From the sequence record MZ375238.1: a stretch of 38,112 nucleotides of DNA. One strand, given 5' to 3'. Origin of the DNA: Escherichia phage T7. The position numbers were made by a program, and so were the translations under genes. The notes below the pieces were generated by a model. The model searched no databases. It saw only the letters and a list, made by a program, of their open reading frames with translations, and was not told the origin of the DNA. Shown piece by piece: positions 8,641 through 20,313 of the stretch (the stretch's first letter is position 1; each line of letters begins with the position of its first letter).

Positions 8641-9070
8641 AGGAATCCGAAAGGTTGGAGCGTTTCGCTCTGGCCTAGAGGACAAGGTTTCAAAGCAGTT
8701 GGAATCAAAAGGTATTAAATTCGAGTATGAAGAGTGGAAAGTGCCTTATGTAATTCCGGCGAGCAATCACACTTACACTCCAGACTTCTTACTTCCAAAC
8801 GGTATATTCGTTGAGACAAAGGGTCTGTGGGAAAGCGATGATAGAAAGAAGCACTTATTAATTAGGGAGCAGCACCCCGAGCTAGACATCCGTATTGTCT
8901 TCTCAAGCTCACGTACTAAGTTATACAAAGGTTCTCCAACGTCTTATGGAGAGTTCTGCGAAAAGCATGGTATTAAGTTCGCTGATAAACTGATACCTGC
9001 TGAGTGGATAAAGGAACCCAAGAAGGAGGTCCCCTTTGATAGATTAAAAAGGAAAGGAGGAAAGAAATAA
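8621..9070 (+). CDS. Endonuclease I (gene 3, Holliday junction resolvase)
   Basis: 149 aa from ATG 8621 (MAGYGAKGIRKVGAFRSGLEDKV...). The ORF track 8573-9070 is the same frame with an upstream extension. Confidence 0.9.
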   Translation: MAGYGAKGIRKVGAFRSGLEDKVSKQLESKGIKFEYEEWKVPYVIPASNHTYTPDFLLPNGIFVETKGLWESDDRKKHLLIREQHPELDIRIVFSSSRTKLYKGSPTSYGEFCEKHGIKFADKLIPAEWIKEPKKEVPFDRLKRKGGKK

Positions 9071-9525
9071 TGGCTCGTGTACAGTTTAAACAACGTGAAT
9101 CTACTGACGCAATCTTTGTTCACTGCTCGGCTACCAAGCCAAGTCAGAATGTTGGTGTCCGTGAGATTCGCCAGTGGCACAAAGAGCAGGGTTGGCTCGA
9201 TGTGGGATACCACTTTATCATCAAGCGAGACGGTACTGTGGAGGCAGGACGAGATGAGATGGCTGTAGGCTCTCACGCTAAGGGTTACAACCACAACTCT
9301 ATCGGCGTCTGCCTTGTTGGTGGTATCGACGATAAAGGTAAGTTCGACGCTAACTTTACGCCAGCCCAAATGCAATCCCTTCGCTCACTGCTTGTCACAC
9401 TGCTGGCTAAGTACGAAGGCGCTGTGCTTCGCGCCCATCATGAGGTGGCGCCGAAGGCTTGCCCTTCGTTCGACCTTAAGCGTTGGTGGGAGAAGAACGA
9501 ACTGGTCACTTCTGACCGTGGATAA
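9070..9525 (+). CDS. Lysozyme / N-acetylmuramoyl-L-alanine amidase (gene 3.5), also an inhibitor of T7 RNA polymerase
   Basis: 151-aa ORF MARVQFKQRESTDAIFVHCSATK...; start overlaps the gene 3 stop. Confidence 0.95.
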   Translation: MARVQFKQRESTDAIFVHCSATKPSQNVGVREIRQWHKEQGWLDVGYHFIIKRDGTVEAGRDEMAVGSHAKGYNHNSIGVCLVGGIDDKGKFDANFTPAQMQSLRSLLVTLLAKYEGAVLRAHHEVAPKACPSFDLKRWWEKNELVTSDRG

Positions 9526-9526
9526 T

Positions 9527-9549
9527 TAATTGAACTCACTAAAGGGAGA
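9527..9549 (+). promoter_or_regulatory. T7 promoter phi3.8
   Basis: taattgaactcactaaagggagaccac; +1 at 9544. Confidence 0.8.
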
Positions 9550-9588
9550 CCACAGCGGTTTCCCTTTGTTCGCATTGGAGGTCAAATA

Positions 9589-11687
<2,099 letters not shown>

Positions 11688-11690
<3 letters not shown>

Positions 11691-11710
11691 TACGACTCAC
11701 TAAAGGAGAC
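11688..11710 (+). promoter_or_regulatory. T7 promoter phi4.3
   Basis: taatacgactcactaaaggagacac; +1 at 11705. Confidence 0.85.
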
Positions 11711-11715
11711 ACACC

Positions 11716-11928
11716 ATGTTCAAACTGATTAAGAAGTTAGGCCAACTGCTGGTTCGTATGTACAACGTGGAAGCCAAGCGACTGAACGATGAGGCTCGTA
11801 AAGAGGCCACACAGTCACGCGCTCTGGCGATTCGCTCCAACGAACTGGCTGACAGTGCATCCACTAAAGTTACCGAGGCTGCCCGTGTGGCAAACCAAGC
11901 TCAACAGCTTTCCAAATTCTTTGAGTAA
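11716..11928 (+). CDS. Gene 4.3 protein
   Basis: 70-aa ORF MFKLIKKLGQLLVRMYNVEAKRLN... Confidence 0.85.
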   Translation: MFKLIKKLGQLLVRMYNVEAKRLNDEARKEATQSRALAIRSNELADSASTKVTEAARVANQAQQLSKFFE

Positions 11929-11947
11929 TCAAACAGGAGAAACCATT

Positions 11948-12217
11948 ATGTCTAACGTAGCTGAAACTATCCGTCTATCCGATACAGCTGACCAGTGGAA
12001 CCGTCGAGTCCACATCAACGTTCGCAACGGTAAGGCGACTATGGTTTACCGCTGGAAGGACTCTAAGTCCTCTAAGAATCACACTCAGCGTATGACGTTG
12101 ACAGATGAGCAAGCACTGCGTCTGGTCAATGCGCTTACCAAAGCTGCCGTGACAGCAATTCATGAAGCTGGTCGCGTCAATGAAGCTATGGCTATCCTCG
12201 ACAAGATTGATAACTAA
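11948..12217 (+). CDS. Gene 4.5 protein
   Basis: 89 aa from ATG 11948 with RBS aggaga (MSNVAETIRLSDTADQWNRRVHINV...). Confidence 0.85.
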   Translation: MSNVAETIRLSDTADQWNRRVHINVRNGKATMVYRWKDSKSSKNHTQRMTLTDEQALRLVNALTKAAVTAIHEAGRVNEAMAILDKIDN

Positions 12218-12261
12218 GAGTGGTATCCTCAAGGTCGCCAAAGTGGTGGCCTTCATGAATA

Positions 12262-12284
12262 CTATTCGACTCACTATAGGAGAT
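12262..12284 (+). promoter_or_regulatory. T7 promoter phi4.7
   Basis: ctattcgactcactataggagat; +1 at 12279. Confidence 0.8.
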
Positions 12285-12290
12285 ATTACC

Positions 12291-12698
12291 ATGCGTGACC
12301 CTAAAGTTATCCAAGCAGAAATCGCTAAACTGGAAGCTGAACTGGAGGACGTTAAGTACCATGAAGCTAAGACTCGCTCCGCTGTTCACATCTTGAAGAA
12401 CTTAGGCTGGACTTGGACAAGACAGACTGGCTGGAAGAAACCAGAAGTTACCAAGCTGAGTCATAAGGTGTTCGATAAGGACACTATGACCCACATCAAG
12501 GCTGGTGATTGGGTTAAGGTTGACATGGGAGTTGTTGGTGGATACGGCTACGTCCGCTCAGTTAGTGGCAAATATGCACAAGTGTCATACATCACAGGTG
12601 TTACTCCACGCGGTGCAATCGTTGCCGATAAGACCAACATGATTCACACAGGTTTCTTGACAGTTGTTTCATATGAAGAGATTGTTAAGTCACGATAA
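12291..12698 (+). CDS. Gene 4.7 protein
   Basis: 135 aa from ATG 12291 (MRDPKVIQAEIAKLEAELEDVKYHEAK...). Confidence 0.85.
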   Translation: MRDPKVIQAEIAKLEAELEDVKYHEAKTRSAVHILKNLGWTWTRQTGWKKPEVTKLSHKVFDKDTMTHIKAGDWVKVDMGVVGGYGYVRSVSGKYAQVSYITGVTPRGAIVADKTNMIHTGFLTVVSYEEIVKSR

Positions 12699-12716
12699 TC
12701 AATAGGAGAAATCAAT

Positions 12717-14831
12717 ATGATCGTTTCTGACATCGAAGCTAACGCCCTCTTAGAGAGCGTCACTAAGTTCCACTGCGGGGTTATCTACGACTACTCCACC
12801 GCTGAGTACGTAAGCTACCGTCCGAGTGACTTCGGTGCGTATCTGGATGCGCTGGAAGCCGAGGTTGCACGAGGCGGTCTTATTGTGTTCCACAACGGTC
12901 ACAAGTATGACGTTCCTGCATTGACCAAACTGGCAAAGTTGCAATTGAACCGAGAGTTCCACCTTCCTCGTGAGAACTGTATTGACACCCTTGTGTTGTC
13001 ACGTTTGATTCATTCCAACCTCAAGGACACCGATATGGGTCTTCTGCGTTCCGGCAAGTTGCCCGGAAAACGCTTTGGGTCTCACGCTTTGGAGGCGTGG
13101 GGTTATCGCTTAGGCGAGATGAAGGGTGAATACAAAGACGACTTTAAGCGTATGCTTGAAGAGCAGGGTGAAGAATACGTTGACGGAATGGAGTGGTGGA
13201 ACTTCAACGAAGAGATGATGGACTATAACGTTCAGGACGTTGTGGTAACTAAAGCTCTCCTTGAGAAGCTACTCTCTGACAAACATTACTTCCCTCCTGA
13301 GATTGACTTTACGGACGTAGGATACACTACGTTCTGGTCAGAATCCCTTGAGGCCGTTGACATTGAACATCGTGCTGCATGGCTGCTCGCTAAACAAGAG
13401 CGCAACGGGTTCCCGTTTGACACAAAAGCAATCGAAGAGTTGTACGTAGAGTTAGCTGCTCGCCGCTCTGAGTTGCTCCGTAAATTGACCGAAACGTTCG
13501 GCTCGTGGTATCAGCCTAAAGGTGGCACTGAGATGTTCTGCCATCCGCGAACAGGTAAGCCACTACCTAAATACCCTCGCATTAAGACACCTAAAGTTGG
13601 TGGTATCTTTAAGAAGCCTAAGAACAAGGCACAGCGAGAAGGCCGTGAGCCTTGCGAACTTGATACCCGCGAGTACGTTGCTGGTGCTCCTTACACCCCA
13701 GTTGAACATGTTGTGTTTAACCCTTCGTCTCGTGACCACATTCAGAAGAAACTCCAAGAGGCTGGGTGGGTCCCGACCAAGTACACCGATAAGGGTGCTC
13801 CTGTGGTGGACGATGAGGTACTCGAAGGAGTACGTGTAGATGACCCTGAGAAGCAAGCCGCTATCGACCTCATTAAAGAGTACTTGATGATTCAGAAGCG
13901 AATCGGACAGTCTGCTGAGGGAGACAAAGCATGGCTTCGTTATGTTGCTGAGGATGGTAAGATTCATGGTTCTGTTAACCCTAATGGAGCAGTTACGGGT
14001 CGTGCGACCCATGCGTTCCCAAACCTTGCGCAAATTCCGGGTGTACGTTCTCCTTATGGAGAGCAGTGTCGCGCTGCTTTTGGCGCTGAGCACCATTTGG
14101 ATGGGATAACTGGTAAGCCTTGGGTTCAGGCTGGCATCGACGCATCCGGTCTTGAGCTACGCTGCTTGGCTCACTTCATGGCTCGCTTTGATAACGGCGA
14201 GTACGCTCACGAGATTCTTAACGGCGACATCCACACTAAGAACCAGATAGCTGCTGAACTACCTACCCGAGATAACGCTAAGACGTTCATCTATGGGTTC
14301 CTCTATGGTGCTGGTGATGAGAAGATTGGACAGATTGTTGGTGCTGGTAAAGAGCGCGGTAAGGAACTCAAGAAGAAATTCCTTGAGAACACCCCCGCGA
14401 TTGCAGCACTCCGCGAGTCTATCCAACAGACACTTGTCGAGTCCTCTCAATGGGTAGCTGGTGAGCAACAAGTCAAGTGGAAACGCCGCTGGATTAAAGG
14501 TCTGGATGGTCGTAAGGTACACGTTCGTAGTCCTCACGCTGCCTTGAATACCCTACTGCAATCTGCTGGTGCTCTCATCTGCAAACTGTGGATTATCAAG
14601 ACCGAAGAGATGCTCGTAGAGAAAGGCTTGAAGCATGGCTGGGATGGGGACTTTGCGTACATGGCATGGGTACATGATGAAATCCAAGTAGGCTGCCGTA
14701 CCGAAGAGATTGCTCAGGTGGTCATTGAGACCGCACAAGAAGCGATGCGCTGGGTTGGAGACCACTGGAACTTCCGGTGTCTTCTGGATACCGAAGGTAA
14801 GATGGGTCCTAATTGGGCGATTTGCCACTGA
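12717..14831 (+). CDS. DNA polymerase (gene 5)
   Basis: 704-aa [28 protein letters not shown]... with 3'-5' exonuclease and family A polymerase motifs. Confidence 0.97.
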   Translation: MIVSDIEANALLESVTKFHCGVIYDYSTAEYVSYRPSDFGAYLDALEAEVARGGLIVFHNGHKYDVPALTKLAKLQLNREFHLPRENCIDTLVLSRLIHSNLKDTDMGLLRSGKLPGKRFGSHALEAWGYRLGEMKGEYKDDFKRMLEEQGEEYVDGMEWWNFNEEMMDYNVQDVVVTKALLEKLLSDKHYFPPEIDFTDVGYTTFWSESLEAVDIEHRAAWLLAKQERNGFPFDTKAIEELYVELAARRSELLRKLTETFGSWYQPKGGTEMFCHPRTGKPLPKYPRIKTPKVGGIFKKPKNKAQREGREPCELDTREYVAGAPYTPVEHVVFNPSSRDHIQKKLQEAGWVPTKYTDKGAPVVDDEVLEGVRVDDPEKQAAIDLIKEYLMIQKRIGQSAEGDKAWLRYVAEDGKIHGSVNPNGAVTGRATHAFPNLAQIPGVRSPYGEQCRAAFGAEHHLDGITGKPWVQAGIDASGLELRCLAHFMARFDNGEYAHEILNGDIHTKNQIAAELPTRDNAKTFIYGFLYGAGDEKIGQIVGAGKERGKELKKKFLENTPAIAALRESIQQTLVESSQWVAGEQQVKWKRRWIKGLDGRKVHVRSPHAALNTLLQSAGALICKLWIIKTEEMLVEKGLKHGWDGDFAYMAWVHDEIQVGCRTEEIAQVVIETAQEAMRWVGDHWNFRCLLDTEGKMGPNWAICH

Positions 14832-14846
14832 TACAGGAGGCTACTC

Positions 14847-15203
14847 ATGAACGAAAGACACTTAACAGGTGCTGCTTCTGAAATGCTAGTAGCCTACAAA
14901 TTTACCAAAGCTGGGTACACTGTCTATTACCCTATGCTGACTCAGAGTAAAGAGGACTTGGTTGTATGTAAGGATGGTAAATTTAGTAAGGTTCAGGTTA
15001 AAACAGCCACAACGGTTCAAACCAACACAGGAGATGCCAAGCAGGTTAGGCTAGGTGGATGCGGTAGGTCCGAATATAAGGATGGAGACTTTGACATTCT
15101 TGCGGTTGTGGTTGACGAAGATGTGCTTATTTTCACATGGGACGAAGTAAAAGGTAAGACATCCATGTGTGTCGGCAAGAGAAACAAAGGCATAAAACTA
15201 TAG
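14847..15203 (+). CDS. Gene 5.3 protein
   Basis: 118-aa ORF at the canonical position; the segment KEDLVVCKDGKFSKVQVK resembles a nuclease-like D..(E)xK arrangement (inference). Confidence 0.8.
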   Translation: MNERHLTGAASEMLVAYKFTKAGYTVYYPMLTQSKEDLVVCKDGKFSKVQVKTATTVQTNTGDAKQVRLGGCGRSEYKDGDFDILAVVVDEDVLIFTWDEVKGKTSMCVGKRNKGIKL

Positions 15204-15214
15204 GAGAAATTATT

Positions 15215-15514
15215 ATGGCTATGACAAAGAAATTTAAAGTGTCCTTCGACGTTACCGCAAAGATGTCGTCTGACGTTCAGGCAATCTTAGAGAAAGATAT
15301 GCTGCATCTATGTAAGCAGGTCGGCTCAGGTGCGATTGTCCCCAATGGTAAACAGAAGGAAATGATTGTCCAGTTCCTGACACACGGTATGGAAGGATTG
15401 ATGACATTCGTAGTACGTACATCATTTCGTGAGGCCATTAAGGACATGCACGAAGAGTATGCAGATAAGGACTCTTTCAAACAATCTCCTGCAACAGTAC
15501 GGGAGGTGTTCTGA
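15215..15514 (+). CDS. Gene 5.5 protein (H-NS-binding)
   Basis: 99 aa from ATG 15215 (MAMTKKFKVSFDVTAKMSSDVQAILEKD...). Confidence 0.85.
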   Translation: MAMTKKFKVSFDVTAKMSSDVQAILEKDMLHLCKQVGSGAIVPNGKQKEMIVQFLTHGMEGLMTFVVRTSFREAIKDMHEEYADKDSFKQSPATVREVF

Positions 15515-15723
15515 TGTCTGACTACCTGAAAGTGCTGCAAGCAATCAAAAGTTGCCCTAAGACTTTCCAGTCCAACTATGTACGGAACAATGCGAGCCTC
15601 GTAGCGGAGGCCGCTTCCCGTGGTCACATCTCGTGCCTGACTACTAGTGGACGTAACGGTGGCGCTTGGGAAATCACTGCTTCCGGTACTCGCTTTCTGA
15701 AACGAATGGGAGGATGTGTCTAA
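15514..15723 (+). CDS. Gene 5.7 protein
   Basis: 69-aa ORF; start overlaps the gene 5.5 stop. Confidence 0.8.
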   Translation: MSDYLKVLQAIKSCPKTFQSNYVRNNASLVAEAASRGHISCLTTSGRNGGAWEITASGTRFLKRMGGCV

Positions 15724-15881
15724 TGTCTCGTGACCTTGTGACTATTCCACGCGATGTGTGGAACGATATACAGGGCTACATCGACTCTCTGGAACGTGAG
15801 AACGATAGCCTTAAGAATCAACTAATGGAAGCTGACGAATACGTAGCGGAACTAGAGGAGAAACTTAATGGCACTTCTTGA
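15723..15881 (+). CDS. Gene 5.9 protein (RecBCD inhibitor)
   Basis: 52 aa from ATG 15723 (MSRDLVTIPRDVWNDIQGYIDSLEREN...), acidic. Confidence 0.8.
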   Translation: MSRDLVTIPRDVWNDIQGYIDSLERENDSLKNQLMEADEYVAELEEKLNGTS

Positions 15882-16770
15882 CCTTAAACAATTCTATGAG
15901 TTACGTGAAGGCTGCGACGACAAGGGTATCCTTGTGATGGACGGCGACTGGCTGGTCTTCCAAGCTATGAGTGCTGCTGAGTTTGATGCCTCTTGGGAGG
16001 AAGAGATTTGGCACCGATGCTGTGACCACGCTAAGGCCCGTCAGATTCTTGAGGATTCCATTAAGTCCTACGAGACCCGTAAGAAGGCTTGGGCAGGTGC
16101 TCCAATTGTCCTTGCGTTCACCGATAGTGTTAACTGGCGTAAAGAACTGGTTGACCCGAACTATAAGGCTAACCGTAAGGCCGTGAAGAAACCTGTAGGG
16201 TACTTTGAGTTCCTTGATGCTCTCTTTGAGCGCGAAGAGTTCTATTGCATCCGTGAGCCTATGCTTGAGGGTGATGACGTTATGGGAGTTATTGCTTCCA
16301 ATCCGTCTGCCTTCGGTGCTCGTAAGGCTGTAATCATCTCTTGCGATAAGGACTTTAAGACCATCCCTAACTGTGACTTCCTGTGGTGTACCACTGGTAA
16401 CATCCTGACTCAGACCGAAGAGTCCGCTGACTGGTGGCACCTCTTCCAGACCATCAAGGGTGACATCACTGATGGTTACTCAGGGATTGCTGGATGGGGT
16501 GATACCGCCGAGGACTTCTTGAATAACCCGTTCATAACCGAGCCTAAAACGTCTGTGCTTAAGTCCGGTAAGAACAAAGGCCAAGAGGTTACTAAATGGG
16601 TTAAACGCGACCCTGAGCCTCATGAGACGCTTTGGGACTGCATTAAGTCCATTGGCGCGAAGGCTGGTATGACCGAAGAGGATATTATCAAGCAGGGCCA
16701 AATGGCTCGAATCCTACGGTTCAACGAGTACAACTTTATTGACAAGGAGATTTACCTGTGGAGACCGTAG
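15868..16770 (+). CDS. 5'-3' exonuclease (gene 6)
   Basis: 300-aa ORF MALLDLKQFYELREGCDDKGILVMDGDWLVFQAM... Confidence 0.95.
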   Translation: MALLDLKQFYELREGCDDKGILVMDGDWLVFQAMSAAEFDASWEEEIWHRCCDHAKARQILEDSIKSYETRKKAWAGAPIVLAFTDSVNWRKELVDPNYKANRKAVKKPVGYFEFLDALFEREEFYCIREPMLEGDDVMGVIASNPSAFGARKAVIISCDKDFKTIPNCDFLWCTTGNILTQTEESADWWHLFQTIKGDITDGYSGIAGWGDTAEDFLNNPFITEPKTSVLKSGKNKGQEVTKWVKRDPEPHETLWDCIKSIGAKAGMTEEDIIKQGQMARILRFNEYNFIDKEIYLWRP

Positions 16771-16871
16771 CGTATATTGGTCTGGGTCTTTGTGTTCTCG
16801 GAGTGTGCCTCATTTCGTGGGGCCTTTGGGACTTAGCCAGAATAATCAAGTCGTTACACGACACTAAGTGA
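16758..16871 (+). CDS. Gene 6.3 protein (37 aa), GTG start
   Basis: GTG at 16758 overlapping the gene 6 end; VETVAYIGLGLCVLGVCLISWGLWDLARIIKSLHDTK; position and length fit T7 gene 6.3. Confidence 0.6.
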   Translation: METVAYIGLGLCVLGVCLISWGLWDLARIIKSLHDTK

Positions 16872-16891
16872 TAAACTCAAGGTCCCTAAAT

Positions 16892-16914
16892 TAATACGAC
16901 TCACTATAGGGAGA
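16892..16914 (+). promoter_or_regulatory. T7 promoter phi6.5 (class III consensus)
   Basis: taatacgactcactatagggagatagg; +1 at 16909. Confidence 0.9.
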
Positions 16915-16968
16915 TAGGGGCCTTTACGATTATTACTTTAAGATTTAACTCTAAGAGGAATCTTTATT

Positions 16969-17223
16969 ATGTTAACACCTATTAACCAATTACTTAAGAA
17001 CCCTAACGATATTCCAGATGTACCTCGTGCAACCGCTGAGTATCTACAGGTTCGATTCAACTATGCGTACCTCGAAGCGTCTGGTCATATAGGACTTATG
17101 CGTGCTAATGGTTGTAGTGAGGCCCACATCTTGGGTTTCATTCAGGGCCTACAGTATGCCTCTAACGTCATTGACGAGATTGAGTTACGCAAGGAACAAC
17201 TAAGAGATGATGGGGAGGATTGA
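16969..17223 (+). CDS. Gene 6.5 protein
   Basis: 84-aa [30 protein letters not shown]... Confidence 0.85.
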
Positions 17224-17227
17224 CACT

Positions 17228-17494
17228 ATGTGTTTCTCACCGAAAATTAAAACTCCGAAGATGGATACCAATCAGATTCGAGCCGTTGAGCCAGCGCCTC
17301 TGACCCAAGAAGTGTCAAGCGTGGAGTTCGGTGGGTCTTCTGATGAGACGGATACCGAGGGCACCGAAGTGTCTGGACGCAAAGGCCTCAAGGTCGAACG
17401 TGATGATTCCGTAGCGAAGTCTAAAGCCAGCGGCAATGGCTCCGCTCGTATGAAATCTTCCATCCGTAAGTCCGCATTTGGAGGTAAGAAGTGA
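17228..17494 (+). CDS. Gene 6.7 protein (virion/head protein)
   Basis: 88 aa from ATG 17228 (MCFSPKIKTPKMDTNQIRAVEPAPL...). Confidence 0.85.
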   Translation: MCFSPKIKTPKMDTNQIRAVEPAPLTQEVSSVEFGGSSDETDTEGTEVSGRKGLKVERDDSVAKSKASGNGSARMKSSIRKSAFGGKK

Positions 17495-17895
17495 TGTCTG
17501 AGTTCACATGTGTGGAGGCTAAGAGTCGCTTCCGTGCAATCCGGTGGACTGTGGAACACCTTGGGTTGCCTAAAGGATTCGAAGGACACTTTGTGGGCTA
17601 CAGCCTCTACGTAGACGAAGTGATGGACATGTCTGGTTGCCGTGAAGAGTACATTCTGGACTCTACCGGAAAACATGTAGCGTACTTCGCGTGGTGCGTA
17701 AGCTGTGACATTCACCACAAAGGAGACATTCTGGATGTAACGTCCGTTGTCATTAATCCTGAGGCAGACTCTAAGGGCTTACAGCGATTCCTAGCGAAAC
17801 GCTTTAAGTACCTTGCGGAACTCCACGATTGCGATTGGGTGTCTCGTTGTAAGCATGAAGGCGAGACAATGCGTGTATACTTTAAGGAGGTATAA
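17494..17895 (+). CDS. Gene 7 protein (host-range)
   Basis: 133-aa ORF; canonical start at the second Met (17494) of ORF track 17491-17895. Confidence 0.8.
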   Translation: MSEFTCVEAKSRFRAIRWTVEHLGLPKGFEGHFVGYSLYVDEVMDMSGCREEYILDSTGKHVAYFAWCVSCDIHHKGDILDVTSVVINPEADSKGLQRFLAKRFKYLAELHDCDWVSRCKHEGETMRVYFKEV

Positions 17896-17898
17896 GTT

Positions 17899-18198
17899 AT
17901 GGGTAAGAAAGTTAAGAAGGCCGTGAAGAAAGTCACCAAGTCCGTTAAGAAAGTCGTTAAGGAAGGGGCTCGTCCGGTTAAACAGGTTGCTGGCGGTCTA
18001 GCTGGTCTGGCTGGTGGTACTGGTGAAGCACAGATGGTGGAAGTACCACAAGCTGCCGCACAGATTGTTGACGTACCTGAGAAAGAGGTTTCCACTGAGG
18101 ACGAAGCACAGACAGAAAGCGGACGCAAGAAAGCTCGTGCTGGCGGTAAGAAATCCTTGAGTGTAGCCCATAGCTCCGGTGGCGGTATCAACATTTAA
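17899..18198 (+). CDS. Gene 7.3 protein (tail-associated)
   Basis: 99-aa ORF MGKKVKKAVKKVTKSVKKVVKEGARPVKQ..., lysine-rich. Confidence 0.9.
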   Translation: MGKKVKKAVKKVTKSVKKVVKEGARPVKQVAGGLAGLAGGTGEAQMVEVPQAAAQIVDVPEKEVSTEDEAQTESGRKKARAGGKKSLSVAHSSGGGINI

Positions 18199-18211
18199 TC
18201 AGGAGGTTATC

Positions 18212-18604
18212 GTGGAAGACTGCATTGAATGGACCGGAGGTGTCAACTCTAAGGGTTATGGTCGTAAGTGGGTTAATGGTAAACTTGTGACTCCACATAG
18301 GCACATCTATGAGGAGACATATGGTCCAGTTCCAACAGGAATTGTGGTGATGCATATCTGCGATAACCCTAGGTGCTATAACATAAAGCACCTTACGCTT
18401 GGAACTCCAAAGGATAATTCCGAGGACATGGTTACCAAAGGTAGACAGGCTAAAGGAGAGGAACTAAGCAAGAAACTTACAGAGTCAGACGTTCTCGCTA
18501 TACGCTCTTCAACCTTAAGCCACCGCTCCTTAGGAGAACTGTATGGAGTCAGTCAATCAACCATAACGCGAATACTACAGCGTAAGACATGGAGACACAT
18601 TTAA
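18212..18604 (+). CDS. Gene 7.7 protein (HNH endonuclease-like)
   Basis: 130 aa from GTG 18212; HICDNPRCYNIKHLTLGTPKDN is paralogous to gene 2.8. Confidence 0.8.
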   Translation: MEDCIEWTGGVNSKGYGRKWVNGKLVTPHRHIYEETYGPVPTGIVVMHICDNPRCYNIKHLTLGTPKDNSEDMVTKGRQAKGEELSKKLTESDVLAIRSSTLSHRSLGELYGVSQSTITRILQRKTWRHI

Positions 18605-20214
18605 TGGCTGAGAAACGAACAGGACTTGCGGAGGATGGCGCAAAGTCTGTCTATGAGCGTTTAAAGAACGACCGTGCTCCCTATGAGACACGCGCTCAGA
18701 ATTGCGCTCAATATACCATCCCATCATTGTTCCCTAAGGACTCCGATAACGCCTCTACAGATTATCAAACTCCGTGGCAAGCCGTGGGCGCTCGTGGTCT
18801 GAACAATCTAGCCTCTAAGCTCATGCTGGCTCTATTCCCTATGCAGACTTGGATGCGACTTACTATATCTGAATATGAAGCAAAGCAGTTACTGAGCGAC
18901 CCCGATGGACTCGCTAAGGTCGATGAGGGCCTCTCGATGGTAGAGCGTATCATCATGAACTACATTGAGTCTAACAGTTACCGCGTGACTCTCTTTGAGG
19001 CTCTCAAACAGTTAGTCGTAGCTGGTAACGTCCTGCTGTACCTACCGGAACCGGAAGGGTCAAACTATAATCCCATGAAGCTGTACCGATTGTCTTCTTA
19101 TGTGGTCCAACGAGACGCATTCGGCAACGTTCTGCAAATGGTGACTCGTGACCAGATAGCTTTTGGTGCTCTCCCTGAGGACATCCGTAAGGCTGTAGAA
19201 GGTCAAGGTGGTGAGAAGAAAGCTGATGAGACAATCGACGTGTACACTCACATCTATCTGGATGAGGACTCAGGTGAATACCTCCGATACGAAGAGGTCG
19301 AGGGTATGGAAGTCCAAGGCTCCGATGGGACTTATCCTAAAGAGGCTTGCCCATACATCCCGATTCGGATGGTCAGACTAGATGGTGAATCCTACGGTCG
19401 TTCGTACATTGAGGAATACTTAGGTGACTTACGGTCCCTTGAAAATCTCCAAGAGGCTATCGTCAAGATGTCCATGATTAGCTCTAAGGTTATCGGCTTA
19501 GTGAATCCTGCTGGTATCACCCAGCCACGCCGACTGACCAAAGCTCAGACTGGTGACTTCGTTACTGGTCGTCCAGAAGACATCTCGTTCCTCCAACTGG
19601 AGAAGCAAGCAGACTTTACTGTAGCTAAAGCCGTAAGTGACGCTATCGAGGCTCGCCTTTCGTTTGCCTTTATGTTGAACTCTGCGGTTCAGCGTACAGG
19701 TGAACGTGTGACCGCCGAAGAGATTCGGTATGTAGCTTCTGAACTTGAAGATACTTTAGGTGGTGTCTACTCTATCCTTTCTCAAGAATTACAATTGCCT
19801 CTGGTACGAGTGCTCTTGAAGCAACTACAAGCCACGCAACAGATTCCTGAGTTACCTAAGGAAGCCGTAGAGCCAACCATTAGTACAGGTCTGGAAGCAA
19901 TTGGTCGAGGACAAGACCTTGATAAGCTGGAGCGGTGTGTCACTGCGTGGGCTGCACTGGCACCTATGCGGGACGACCCTGATATTAACCTTGCGATGAT
20001 TAAGTTACGTATTGCCAACGCTATCGGTATTGACACTTCTGGTATTCTACTCACCGAAGAACAGAAGCAACAGAAGATGGCCCAACAGTCTATGCAAATG
20101 GGTATGGATAATGGTGCTGCTGCGCTGGCTCAAGGTATGGCTGCACAAGCTACAGCTTCACCTGAGGCTATGGCTGCTGCCGCTGATTCCGTAGGTTTAC
20201 AGCCGGGAATTTAA
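18604..20214 (+). CDS. Head-to-tail connector (portal) protein (gene 8)
   Basis: 536 aa from ATG 18604 (MAEKRTGLAEDGAKSVYERLKNDRAPYETRAQN...). Confidence 0.95.
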   Translation: MAEKRTGLAEDGAKSVYERLKNDRAPYETRAQNCAQYTIPSLFPKDSDNASTDYQTPWQAVGARGLNNLASKLMLALFPMQTWMRLTISEYEAKQLLSDPDGLAKVDEGLSMVERIIMNYIESNSYRVTLFEALKQLVVAGNVLLYLPEPEGSNYNPMKLYRLSSYVVQRDAFGNVLQMVTRDQIAFGALPEDIRKAVEGQGGEKKADETIDVYTHIYLDEDSGEYLRYEEVEGMEVQGSDGTYPKEACPYIPIRMVRLDGESYGRSYIEEYLGDLRSLENLQEAIVKMSMISSKVIGLVNPAGITQPRRLTKAQTGDFVTGRPEDISFLQLEKQADFTVAKAVSDAIEARLSFAFMLNSAVQRTGERVTAEEIRYVASELEDTLGGVYSILSQELQLPLVRVLLKQLQATQQIPELPKEAVEPTISTGLEAIGRGQDLDKLERCVTAWAALAPMRDDPDINLAMIKLRIANAIGIDTSGILLTEEQKQQKMAQQSMQMGMDNGAAALAQGMAAQATASPEAMAAAADSVGLQPGI

Positions 20215-20234
20215 TACGACTCACTATAGGGAGA
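20212..20234 (+). promoter_or_regulatory. T7 promoter phi9
   Basis: taatacgactcactatagggagacctc; +1 at 20229. Confidence 0.9.
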
Positions 20235-20313
20235 CCTCATCTTTGAAATGAGCGATGACAAGAGGTTGGAGTCCTCGGTCTTCCTGTAGTTCAACTTTAA
20301 GGAGACAATAATA

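Noticed and set aside
20012-20194. 60-aa + strand ORF inside gene 8, and similar short alternate-frame ORFs inside genes 10, 12, 15, 16 and 17.
   Set aside because: Fully embedded in long, well-supported structural genes in other frames, with no RBS or conservation signal; most likely chance ORFs.
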